NCBI GenBank assembly: GCA_951406725.2 | Contig: OX597823.1 | Span: 23,870,001-23,934,000 of the forward strand | Reading direction: 5' to 3' | DNA from: Octopus vulgaris | Lineage: Eukaryota | DNA: 64,000 nucleotides | Part shown: positions 1 through 12,100 of the stretch, one piece after another | Layout of the letters: each line of letters opens with the position of its first letter | How positions within the stretch are numbered: position 1 is the first letter of the stretch | Made by a program: the position numbers and the translations under genes | Notes under the pieces: model-generated | What the model was told of the DNA's origin: nothing | Databases searched by the model: none | What the model saw: only the letters and a program-made list of their open reading frames with translations

Positions 1-1620
1 CTGGTGGGCAATGTGGAAACTCGAGATTGATGTATAGGTAATAAGGGCTGTACAGGACCTATACAGAGAGCTTGTTTGTAAGGTTAGGATTAGCAATGAG
101 TATAGTGAAGAATTCTGGGTAGAAGTAGAGGTCCACCAAGGTTCAGCCTTCTGTCTGCTTTTATTAATCATAGTACTTCAGGCAATAACAGAGGAATTCA
201 AGACAGGTTGCTCCTGGGAGCTCCTCTATGCTGATGACCTGGCTCTCATAGCAGAATCACTATCGGAACTAGAAAAGAAATTTTTGGTGTGGAAGCAAGG
301 TTTAGAATCAAAAAGCCTTAGAGCCAATGTAGCAAAGACCAAAGTTCTAGTAAGCAGGAAGGCACCCACATCACACACCCCTTCAGGTAGGTGGCCCTGC
401 TTGATCAGTAGAAAAGGTGTAGGTAGAAACTCCATCAGATGTACCCAGTGTAAGCTACAGTCACATAAGAGGTGCAGCAACATCAAAGGAAGATTAACCT
501 GGAAGATGACTTTCATGAGCAGCAGATGCATAGGGGCAATAAACACCACAGATGCTCAGAAAACAGATTCCATCACATGCTAGGGGGAGAAACTAGAAGT
601 AGTTGATAGCTTCTACTACTTAGGTGACCAAGTCTGTAGATGCTCAGAGAGTGTTACCACTAGAATAAGAATAGCCTGGGCAAAGTTTAGAAAGCTTCTA
701 CCCCTATTGATAACAAAGGGCGTCTTGCTCAGAGTGAAAGGTAGATTGTACAATGCATGTGTGTGAACTACCATGCTTCACAGCAGTGAAACATGGGCCA
801 TGACTGCTGATGACATGCATAGGCTCAAAAGAAATGAAGCTTGCATGATCCACTGGATGTGTAATGTCAGTGTGCACACACAACAGAGTGTAAGCATCCC
901 GAGAGAAATGTTGGACATAAGAAGCATCGGATGTGGTGTCAATAGAGACATTTGTGTTGGTATAGTCATGTACTAGGGATGGAGGAGGAGAGCTCTGTGA
1001 AGAAGTGCCACTCCTAAACAGTGGAAGGAATCCAGGGTAGAAGGAGATCCTGGAAGACATAGGATGAGGTGGTGAAGCATGGACATTGGGCCTGACAGAA
1101 GCAATGACGAAAGACCGAGGCATCTGGAGATATGCTGTGACTGAGAAGACCCGCCAAATAAAGTGAGTTCACAGTTGTAACCTACACCAGTGACACATAA
1201 CCAGCCCACTCAAAAAGTACCTTGGATTGAAGGGTGAGATGCCATGCTTGAAGAGACCCATTGAGTCAAGTGCATCAAAATCAAAACACAATCAAATGGA
1301 AATTGTAGTTGTGGTCCCCGTACTGGTGGCAAGTAAAAAGTACCATCTGAACGTGGCTGATGGCAGCACTGCCTTGACTGGCCCTGTGCCGGTGACATAT
1401 AAAAAGCACCATCTAATCGTGGTTGAAGCCAGTCCCCTCTGGCCCCTGGTGGTACTTAAAAAAAGCACTCTCAGAGTGGTTGGTGTTAAGAAAGGCATCC
1501 AGCTGTAAGAAGCACTGCCAGATCAGATTGGAACCTGGTGCTGCCTCCTGGCTTCTCAGACCCCAGTTGAACTGTCCAACCCATGCCAGCATGGAAAATG
1601 GATTTTAAATAATGATGATA
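1..1620 (+). mobile_element. Decayed RTE-clade LINE, 3' part of ORF2 (RT with Cys-rich PHD-like insert) plus 3' UTR and (GAT)n-like tail
   Basis: ELLYADDL RT motif near 215-240, KGVGRNSIRCTQCK..HKRCS, MLHSSETW and a GR.RKT C-terminal motif; many stops and frameshifts. Confidence 0.85.
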
Positions 1621-2032
1621 ATAATAATGTATGTATGCTTACACATATAAATGTGTATGTATATGTGTATATACTTTTATTTATGTGAGCATTTATTTGC
1701 GAACATTTTTGTATATTTGTATACGTATCTATATGTGTGTATATTTGTATGTATATTTATACTAGTGTAGATATACATGTAATTTTATGTGTTCGTTACG
1801 CAATCTATATGAAGTATCTAAATGCTGTTGGTTACTTGTGAGTGCTATTATGTAGCACTCTCTGTCCCTATCTATCTTTCCCCTTTCTCTTGCTAGTTAT
1901 CTGTTTCTCTTTCTTTTTCTGCTTCTCCAATGTTTTCTTCCTCCTCCCCATACTTAATGATTTCCTTCTCTTTCTTTCACCTGTAACAACTAACTTGTAT
2001 AAGCATACACCAGGAGATTTTGTGCACATGCA

Positions 2033-2067
<35 letters not shown>

Positions 2068-2464
2068 TTATGTTCATATTTTGTACTGTCGTTACTGTCC
2101 TGTTTTTGTTACCATTTTTACCCCTCTGCAAAAAAATCTCAAATTTTATTTAATTTGATTTTCGCGGGAAGGAAAGTTTCATTAAAGTCATGTATCGCCT
2201 TGACCTTCAAAACGTGGAGTAGATGAAACAAAGGAGACTGAAGAAGGGGAATTTTCCTTGTTTTGTATGTCCTGTACTCTATTTTGTTTCGCTGTTTAAG
2301 AAAAATGTCCATTTCCTTGGTTTTGTGTTTATGTTTTCGTTTCTCATTGTGTTCGACGTTTTTTTGGTGTCCTGTACCCATATATGCATGTATATATACA
2401 TGTAGAGGTAGGTACGTACATATATGTATGTATATATGCATATGTTTTATTTATTTATTAATTC

Positions 2465-2499
<35 letters not shown>

Positions 2500-2919
2500 G
2501 TCTAGCCTATATATGTCTGTATATGTATGTAGCTATGTACAACTGTGTATGTTTCACTGTATATGTGTATATTATAGATGGTTTAGTATGTGCATATGCT
2601 CCTAAATGTATATGTAATCCAATGTGAAAATGTTTTTTAAATGGATATAACATTTGATGAATTAATTGATTAATATTGTACAAATAATTATTTACCCTAG
2701 GTATTTAGACTCTGTCCTTTCATAAGCTTTCTTGATTTAAGGTTTCTTTTGATTTTATAATGAGATGATTTTATACTGAAATTTGTTCATTGCATGCAAC
2801 TGGTCATTGTAAAGACCGTTAGTTGAACGGACCAGTGAAACAAAACCATTTTCAAATGAGTATCCATTAAACTAATTGTATATGTTTGCTTATAACCTTA
2901 TTTTTGCTTCATTCTAAAC

Positions 2920-2965
2920 AAAACTTTCCAATGACTGGGGACCTGAAACTCCGAGTAACAGTTTT
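2920..2965 (+). ncRNA. Degenerate minimal type I hammerhead ribozyme relic (Penelope-like terminal repeat)
   Basis: aaaacttt-CCAATGA(for CTGATGA)-ctggggacct-GAAAC-tccga-GTA-acagtttt; stem I, GAAAC and the GUA triplet are kept but the core is mutated. Confidence 0.4.
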
Positions 2966-3131
2966 TGCGTTAGTTTTTCTGCTTTTTAATAATCTGCTTT
3001 TTTAATAATGGTATTGAGTACTACTTTTTTCACCTTGTTTCACATTTATGTGCTTACTCTGTGGCACATATATATATATATATATATATGTATATCGTTA
3101 AACAATGATGATGATGATGATATATATATAT

Positions 3132-3324
3132 ACAGCAGTATAGGCAACTCATGAGACTCCAATTGCCAGAGGCATATAACGTCTCCATGGTTGGAGCGAG
3201 GTAAACATCATGGTCAGTTAGTTTCAGAAACAAAAATAAATGCATCCAGAATGACCCTACAGGTAGTGCTTCAGGTGGGATTGGGTCACCTTCCCTACAT
3301 CTGTTTAAACCATGATGGTCATCC

Positions 3325-3368
<44 letters not shown>

Positions 3369-4975
3369 TGTATACGCACACACATATATATATATAAATA
3401 TGTATGTACACACACACACATATATATATATGTGTGTATATATATATATATATATACATTTGTATGTTTTTTTTAAAAATATAAATATATGAAAGAATGG
3501 AGTTGAACGACGAATTAACAAAATTCCTTAATTCGTCGTTCAACTCCATTCTTTCATATATTTATATTTTTAAAAAAAACATACAAATTTCCACACGAAA
3601 GCACGTAACTTCAAACGTGTCTTCTCTGATGTGAATTTGCTACCCAGGTATCGGTTAACCGAATTATCCATAACAAGATAATTCATTCAACTACTCATAT
3701 ATACATTTGTATATATATATATTCCTTCATTTATTCATTTACTTGTTTCAGTCATTTCACTGCAGCTTTGCTGGAGCACCACCTTTACTCAAAGAAATCA
3801 ACTCCAGGACTTATTCTTTGTCAGCCTAGTACTTACTCTTTTGCCGAATTGCTAAGTTATAGGGATGTTGACATAAGAAAATAGGTTGTCAAACTTTACC
3901 GGTGGGAACAAGTACAGATACATATATATCATCATCATCATTGTCATCAACATTTAACACCTGTTGTCCCTGCTGGCATGGCAGGGATTCAATGTTTTGA
4001 CCAACGCTAGCAAGCTGAGGGACTGTACCAGACTCCAGTTGATTTGGCATGGTTTCTACAGCTGGATGCCTTTTCTAATACCAACCACACACACACATAC
4101 ACACACATATATACACACACACAAACATGCAATCACACAACACTGACAGTGGCAGCAACAGTACATCAATCAACAGAGGCAGCAGTACCAACAGCCAGGA
4201 TGGCAACAACAACAATGATACTAAGATTGAATATAATGAAAGAAACATCAGTAGTTGTAGCACGCAGAGTGCACAGACATGGAAATATGTCACTTCAACT
4301 AATGGCCCCTTTAAGCAACGTCTGAGCAACCATAAATCCTCTTTTAGAATACCAAAGAGGATGAACATCAGGAACCTGGTTAGCCACATATGGCTCTGAG
4401 AAGAAGAAGGCATGCCATACATAATTAAATGAAACCTTCTCAGACAATAAGGACCAGATATAAATGGGCTGAAATGAGGTAAGCTTTGCTTGGCTGATAG
4501 AGCAAGAATCGTAAGGAACTCATTTGACCATGTGGCCTTTTTACTCTAGGGAAAAGTGTTTAGCTAGTGTCCTCATGAGTGCCCTGTTGCAAGCTTGGGG
4601 TTCCCCATTCATCAAATACAACTATGACAGACACTTAGAAACTCATTATGGTTCAAACAGATGTAGGGGAGATAACCCAATCCCACCTGAAGCACTACCT
4701 CCAGGGTCCTTCTGGATGCATTTATTTTTGTTTATGAATCTAACTGACAATGTTGTTTTCCTCCCTCAAACCACAGAGTGTTATATGCCTCTGGCCATTT
4801 GAGTCTAATGGGTTGCCTATACTGCTAAGCACTTTCGATGTGTAAAACCATTGGACACTCTCTGACGAGTCATAACAATCAATCAGCAACCAGATCCACT
4901 CAGAAGTCTCTTGTTCACCCTGGACTATAGTAGGAGACTTGTTTAAGGTTTCACGCATTGAAATTGAACAGAGAA
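3132..4975 (+). mobile_element. Penelope-like element relic: GIY-YIG-like 3' coding remnant (about 4230-4520), terminal repeat (about 4640-4975) and inverted partial copy of that repeat (about 3132-3325)
   Basis: WKYVTSTNGPFKQRLSNHKSSF...LVSHIW resembles PLE endonuclease; 3132-3325 is the reverse complement of about 4640-4830; degenerate CTGACGA...GAAA hammerhead-like motif near 4860-4975. Confidence 0.6.
3458..3588. repeat. Perfect 61-bp inverted repeat with 9-nt loop
   Basis: 3458-3518 is the reverse complement of 3528-3588; loop caaaattcc. Confidence 0.92.
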
Positions 4976-5035
4976 ACATATTTTTGGAAAGCAAACTTAT
5001 TCCCATACAGCCATGCCTGCTTCACTCAATATATA

Positions 5036-5630
5036 TGTAACGAACTTCGTGTGTGAATATCTTGACTTGTACTTTCGGGGTACAAGAAAGCAATCACTCA
5101 CTAGCCGTTGCTTTAATAATCCAGTATCTCTGCCCATCAGAAACAACAAGACGCAAACGTAATATATATATATATTTTACTTTATTCTCTTTCTTGGTAA
5201 CAATAACAATAAGTGTGTTATCTGATGTCCTTGGTTCTGGGTGCGCAAGGCTGAAAGTTAATCGATTGTAATATTTACAATATTCAGCCGCCAAAAACAG
5301 AACGGGTCAAAATGGCGTCGAACAATGGAGACGATGTTGGTCTGCAACAATTTGGTTAAAGCCCTTTTGGTAAGGACTGCTAGAAGCTAGTTCGAACGGA
5401 GAGAAAATATATCGCGACCGTTGCCTTCGATAGCCATGTCTCAAAGTCCCCGCTGACTGCCGCTAGTGGTCAAACGTTCTACGATCCCCCTGCCTTGGCC
5501 AGGGTCGTGCTTCCGGTGGTTCGCGCATGCACGAGAGGGCCCTTCCTTTCTGTGCCTTGGTGAAGGCACCAACACGCGCGAAATAGAAAATGGACGGTGC
5601 GCGCGCGCGCACCGTTATAGTATCACTACA
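5036..5630 (-). repeat. 3' LTR
   Basis: tgtaacgaac...tatcactaca; the minus-strand PPT GGAGGGGAG lies next to it (about 5634-5642). Confidence 0.9.
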
Positions 5631-7160
5631 AGGCTCCCCTCCAGTGCGTACACACGAAAGGAAACTTATTGTAGTGACTGCAAAACTCAAGGTGGACACC
5701 AGATAACCAAATAGCACACAATAATATAATGGCAAAATTTATAACATACACAAGAAATCTACTAAAGGAAAAAGAGAAAAAATACTCAATGAGCAAAAAT
5801 CAAGAGTGCATGCATGAAAGTGTATACGTCACAAAGTATAGAGCCTTCTGCTGTAGGAAGCGGAGGGAAAGCAAAACTCACAGTCAATGAACCTAGGCGA
5901 AATTAAAATCCAACTTCTCTAAAGGTAGTTGATCCTGCGAAATAGCAGTTAAATCAATTGCTGCAGGAGAGGAAATGGAATTGACAGAAGCTCGCTAGTA
6001 ACACAAAAGGCAAAAGTGCAAACATGCTGGTGTGATGCGCGACACAGATAATTTTCTGTCAATTACGTGACCAACAGTGGTCTAACAGGGAAAAATAATT
6101 ACGCCTAAACATGGCGCAGCGCATGTGAACATCCGACGTCCTATGAGTCGGGAAAAGAATTAAGCTAGCGCAAACGTGTTGCAAAAAAACAAGGCAAGTA
6201 CACGTGCGGAGCAAGAGGCGCATGAAATGCAATAGTGCTGCCAGACCGAAAAAAACAGCAATGAATATGCCAGTGGTTGAGCGATTATATGCCTCGTTCG
6301 CACAGGAACAAAAGTATGACATGCTGGCGCGTTATAATGGACAAACAACCCTCTCTATGTATACGTGACCGACCTAGGGTCTATAGAAATGAGGGGTGTC
6401 CACAAAAGGCAAATTCAGCATGGAAAAAACAAGCGAGAAAAGCATGTGTGATGTATGTATGTGAGAGATAGCATTTATGTGTGTGTACGTGTGTGCGACA
6501 GAAATACATACAAGGTGAATGCGAGCAAAATATAAAAACAGCGCATAGAAAAAAATGTCTCTCAAGTGCTATTCCAGACAAGAGTTAATTTACCAGTCTG
6601 TAATAGCCTGATGCCCAATAGCAGTTCGTTCTGTAACAGAAATGTTGAAATCAGAAAATGCAGATGCCGGTTGAACACAATGTGTAGCGGTTGTAGCTTC
6701 GATGCTGTGACATGTTAACTGGAACAGAAGAAATCTCGTAGATAGTGCTGGGCTGTGAATTCTTGGTGTGCTAATGCACAAACGGCAAGTGGACCAAACT
6801 TCCGCGAGTTGCTATGTACATCTTGGTGGAGGTCGACGGTGTTGAAAGGCGACAGTGGTGGTGGAAGGCGACTGTAGTGGACTTGAGACAACATCGTTCT
6901 TAGTGATGATGGCGACGAAGGTAGCGACGACGTGAAGTAGACAGACGACGATGGTGATGACGAAGGCAGAGAAAAAGCATCGATGAATTGATGGCGTTCG
7001 TCATCATGGCTGTAGAATAAGAAAGAGTCTCCTTCTACAACTGTTTGTGGTGGCCGGAAACAAATCGTCGAAAGATGAATGCGTAGTGTTAAATCGTGTT
7101 CCGACTTCGCAGAAAAACTGGATTTTTTTGTTGATAAGTGATCTCTGGTTTTAGACCAGA

Positions 7161-7179
7161 ATCACGTCGGGAGTCACCA
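7161..7179 (-). promoter_or_regulatory. Primer-binding site complementary to tRNA-Trp 3' end
   Basis: Minus strand reads TGGTGACTCCCGACGTGAT versus the canonical tRNA-Trp PBS TGGTGACCCCGACGTGAT (one extra base), 1 nt from the LTR. Confidence 0.85.
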
Positions 7180-7180
7180 C

Positions 7181-7777
7181 TGTAACGAACTTCGTGTGTG
7201 AATATCTTGTCTTGTACTTTCGGGGTACAAGAAAGCAATCACTCACTAGCCGTTGCTTTAATAATCCAGAATCTCTGCCCGTCAGAAACAACAAGACGCA
7301 AACGTAATATATATATATATTTTACTTTATTCTCTTTCTTGGTAACAATAACAATAAGTGTGTTATCTGATGTCCTTGGTTCTGGGCGCGCAAGGCTGAA
7401 AGTTAATCGATTGTAATATTTACAATATTCAGCCGCCAAAAACAGAACGGGTCAAAATGGCGTCGAACAATGTAGACGATGTTGGTCTGCAACAATTTGG
7501 TTAAAGCCCTTTTGGTAAGGACTGCTAGAAGCTAGTTCGAACGGAGAGAAAATATATCGCGACCGTTGCCTTCGATAGCCATGTCTCAAAGTCCCCGCTG
7601 ACTGCCGCTAGTGGTCAAACGTTCTACGATCCCCCTGCCTTGGCCAGGGTCGTGCTTCCGGTGGTTTGTGCATGCGCGAGAGGGCCCTTCCTTTCTGTGC
7701 CTTGGTGAAGGCACCAACACGCGCGAAATAGAAAATGGACGGTGCGCGCGCGCGCGCACCGTTATAGTATCACTACA
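7181..7777 (-). repeat. 5' LTR
   Basis: Near-identical to 5036-5630 and followed on the minus strand by the PBS. Confidence 0.9.
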
Positions 7778-8927
7778 TATATTTGTTCAAAATGAACAGC
7801 TGTGAAAAAATACTCAGGGTCACTTCATGAATGGAAAATAAATAGTTAAGTGGCTACTTATTGAACAATGATATTATGATTAACTGAAATTTATCAGTGA
7901 GTGATGAAATATTTATGTTAACGACATCTCCTGGTCATATGATTGAGAAGAAGGAACATTGTAAAAATCACTTTTTTATTCTCATCTCACTAAAGATCTA
8001 ATTTTGTTGAATAAAATTTCTTAGGTTGATATATTAAGTTGTAAATGTTCACATTGGCTACATACTTATATCAATCATCTTGGTGAAGATCATCCTTTAA
8101 TGTCCACTGTCCATGGGTGGAATGGTTTCACAGGAGCCAGCCAAGCAGAAGCCTGTATCAATTTTATGTGACTGTTTTGGCAAGATTGTTACTGTGGATA
8201 CCCTTCCTAACACCAACCAACCAGCAGAGTGGTCTTAGTCCTTCTTATTCTTATTTTTACAGCTGGAACCCTTTCTAAATGCCAACCACTTTACAGTGTG
8301 GACTGTTTGCTTTTAAAGTGGCACTTGCACTGACAGGGTCACCAAGTAACTTGCAAGACAAAATCTTTTGAGAAGGAAGAGTCATTGGAGTAGATGATCA
8401 AAGTAAAAGTATTTTTGTTTTCCTAAGGAAAAAAATTACACAATCAGTAGAGTGATGTTTCTTGTCATGAGTAGACTAGCCATATTCAGTTACATTCTTT
8501 TACATTCTGGATTCAAATCCACCAGGGGGTATTTCACATTTCATACTCCTGAGATTGATAAAACAGTCTTACTTAAGAACTAAATTTCATTCATTTTCAT
8601 GTATCCTCACACTGCAAAATGTATGACTTTGTTACCATCGATGATAATTATAATTATTCTTGCTGTTGAAGGTGAAGTATTGACAAAATCGTTTGAGCAT
8701 CAGACAAAATGTTTTGTGATATTTATTTTGGCTCTTGAACTTCTGGGTTCAAATCTGGCTTTTGACAACTTCATCTTTCCGAGGCCAGTAAGTGAAAATG
8801 CTGCCAGTCAAGTGTTGTGGCCTATTTTAATCAGCCAGTTCTTACATCAAAGTTTTGGCATTCATTCTATGTTATAAAATATTATTTTTGTTAATTTTCA
8901 ATGATCTAAATTTTACTTTAATTTCAG

Positions 8928-9167
8928 CTGTTGAGAGCCTGTTTTTGAAAATAGACGATGCAATTCTGGATGTATCTGGGAAAATATTGTGGCCTAAGAA
9001 AAATGCAACAGCAGAAGCCTGTAAAACAAAATGTCTGTCTGACATTGATTGTTTATCATTTGAAATAAATGAAGGAAGTGGTCAATGTTACTTATCAAAG
9101 GAAAGTGCAGCTCATTCCAACAAATTAAAGTCAGCCAAAGGCACAGATTACTACCAACGAGAGCATT
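8928..9167 (+). CDS. Exon A1, PAN/Apple domain type A
   Basis: atttcAG|ct...cat t|GTaatt; VESLFLKIDDAILDVSGK...ACKTKCLSDIDCLSFEINEGSGQCYLS...DYYQREH has the PAN core C-x3-C-x5-C-x2-F-x8-C-Y-L. Confidence 0.9.
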
Positions 9168-12100
9168 GTAATTATTATTTATATTTTATTATTGGGCTCC
9201 TCTTTTTCTTTTGTTCTGAATTTTGTGATTCCATTTGCACTTAATAATATATAAGCAATTATTTCTGTAAGAACATTGAGAGGTTTACCAATGAGGAGAA
9301 GACAGAAATACATTCCTGTGAAAAAGATAAAAGACAAGAACTGTATACACTGTTAAAACATTTTGATACAACATGTGTTCAACAGGAATACGTTTCTCTA
9401 TATTTTCAGTTGTTTTTTTCTTTTTTTAAGTCATAAAGGAAGCAGTTGTTCTTTTACTTAAACCTGAAGAGTAGCAGCAGCAACATTTGCAGTAACGAGT
9501 TTCTATTCATTTGCCAATTTTGACATGACTTATTGCTGGTACAGCACAGTGTTTCACAAGGGATGTTATGTTCTACATAACACGATATACAAAATAACGG
9601 AGAAAAAATGCCAATCTACAGAGTCATGTATTTTGTACATTTTGACATGGTTGCTATGTCTAGATACCCTTCCTATCATCAACCATTATACCACATGAAG
9701 AAAGTACATTTTCTCATGCTGCTATAATTAGAGACACTTTACTAGGACTCAAAAGTACTTTACCTTATATAGGTTTGTATTCAGACTAGTTCCATAGCAT
9801 TAAAAATATAAGAGCCAGCAAATTCACTCAGTTTGCTCTTAAAGATTTTGTGTATTCTTTTTGAAATCCTTCAACCTTGAAATCCTAGACATGAGGGAAA
9901 ATTCACTAGGTTTATTGATTGTAATATTAAGATACTTGTGCATGCAAGTATGTCATTACTATCATGATAAACCTTTTGGGCCAAAAAGAAAGTTTGGCTA
10001 TTTCTTTGTGAGGAACTTCAAGTAGGCTGGAATGAAAGAAATTACTGCAATATATACCCTGGGCCCCCTCAAAAAGTTCAAACTTATTCACAGATTATTT
10101 TCGTACAGAGACAGTTTCAACTAATATGAACAGCCATCCCCATAAAGGGACAGGAATCAAGAAATTTGATTTAAACATAAAGATTACTAGTAAGATTTTT
10201 ATTGAAAGTGAATTAACTTACAAAATAGCTATGGTTATTATTTTTAGAAAATTAGTTATTCATATTTTGTCCTGACAGCAAGAAAAGTATTTACATAAAC
10301 AAATGACTAAACTGAAACAAAATGAATTATTCTTGGTTGGCAAACAACTTAGACTGCGCTTTGTTACTGAAAACTATAATGATGGTATTGGTGGTGGTAA
10401 TGGTGGCAGCAGTGTTGAGTGGATAGTAAAAAGTGTAGTTTTTTTTCTTAATTTAACCTAATTTTTTATATTGCCTATCAGTTAAGGTATGTACATCAGT
10501 ACAATTATTCATTGTCTGCTCACTTGAAAATAGATATTTGTTAATAAACTATGAATGTATGCTAACAAGAGAAAGAATGAAACAGTATAGGCAATAAAAT
10601 TAAGAGAAGCATACTGTTGAATCACTAGAACAATTGTGGAAACATCAAAGAATATTGAGTGAATATTTACAACGGATATGTTCAAAATAGTATATAAAAT
10701 GAAAATGAGAGAAAACATTAAAAAAAAACCCTGTAAATATATGGTTGAAAGTTACAACATTGGTGATGTGAATATTCTCTGTAATCATTGTGAAGATTGT
10801 AGATTTGTAAATGAACCTCTCAACTGCTGAAAGAATGGGAAAATCATGCTCCTTCAATTATATACATTTAAAAGGTGCTTTTAAATGTATATAATGCAGA
10901 ATATACAATTTATAAAGAAACACTAATTTTTGTGGCTCTGTATAAACTTACAACAATCTAAAAATGTTTGTACTTACTGCATAATTTTCACAGTTATTGC
11001 TAGTTGTTGTTATTATTTTATAGATATTTTAGAAATATTATATAGTTATGTAGAAGTAACATATAAATGAAATTTTGAATAAAATATGAGATGCTTTGTT
11101 ATTAAAATGGACAATTCATTATAATATCATGATCCATCCACAAAATAACTTTCCAACATAAGTTAGCCTCCTTAGAATAAATGTGAAACTGATTGCCTCA
11201 TGAGTCATACTCAAACCTTTGCCTGAATGTTTTTATTTTGGATAATCCATTTAGACGTTCTTCTCCTGATGGTGTGCTCTTATTTAAGATTGCCTGGTTG
11301 TTACAACAGACATCTTAGTTAATCATGTGTTAAAGGAAGTTTTTACCTTACAAAAGCACACCATCAGGTTAGTGATGTACAAAAAATTGTCTGCAACCTG
11401 GAAATTGAGACAAGTTTTAAAATGAGTCTTAAGGATGTTCTAAGACTCAGGTAAATTGTTTTGTAACTTGTGGATCATTTTGTGAATCAGTTATTGGTGT
11501 ATAATGCATGTATGTGGGCATATGAATGTGCATGTCAGCTTATAAAATGTATTTCTTCTTTTTCTTCCAGCCAATAATGAACATTTCATGCTTAAAAAAG
11601 TTAGCATACCAGTGGGGGATATTTTAGGACAGCATAAGAATAAGACCTTAAAGGAATGTAATGAAAAATGCTACAGATATCATGGCTGTAATTCTTACCA
11701 GTACAGTGAGGAAAATAAATTATGTGTTCTGAGTAATGTGACTCAGTCGACCGATAAACTTAAACCCAGCAAAAAAAAAGTAGATGTGTACATAACTAAC
11801 CCTGGTCAGTAGACTATTTTCATTTTATTTATTATATGCATGTGTGTGTGTGTGTGCTGCAATGCTGCAGGGCAATGAGACATGGGCTTTGATCTCAGAA
11901 GACATGAGAAGACTAGAAAGAAACGAATTGAGCATGCTCTATTCACTATGCAGATGTGTGCATATATGACGTAGTATAAATGCGCTGAATGCAAAACTGG
12001 TTTTAAAGAGAAATCAGATGTAGTGTGCCAGAAAGAAGACTGTGCTTGTATGGACATGCTTTGCGTATGGATAACTAAAGACGGGTAGAGTTTGTGGATG

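Larger units (their letters stand above)
5036..7777 (-). mobile_element. Young non-autonomous LTR retrotransposon (Ty3/Gypsy-type signals), 2.74 kb
   Basis: Two TG...CA LTRs (5036-5630 and 7181-7777) differ by about 8 substitutions and one CG unit; 4-bp TSD TATA; PBS at 7161-7179; purine tract next to the 3' LTR; no long ORF inside. Confidence 0.92.

Noticed and set aside
1842-3549. ORFs rich in YI/CV/TH dipeptides
   Set aside because: Translations of (TA)n and (TG)n microsatellites.
7161-7179. tRNA-Trp gene
   Set aside because: Only the 3' 18-19 nt including CCA, next to an LTR; it is a primer-binding site.
8855-8927. Hydrophobic N-terminal extensions of the A-exon ORFs as signal peptides, making each unit a separate gene
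   Set aside because: Most of these ORFs start at TTG and run through the polypyrimidine tract of a good AG acceptor; no in-frame ATG is conserved across copies.
9168-9244. Hydrophobic read-through after A exons (e.g. CNYYLYFIIGLLFFF) as a membrane anchor
   Set aside because: The frame is not conserved among the four copies (A1 is shifted relative to A3); T-rich intron sequence explains it.
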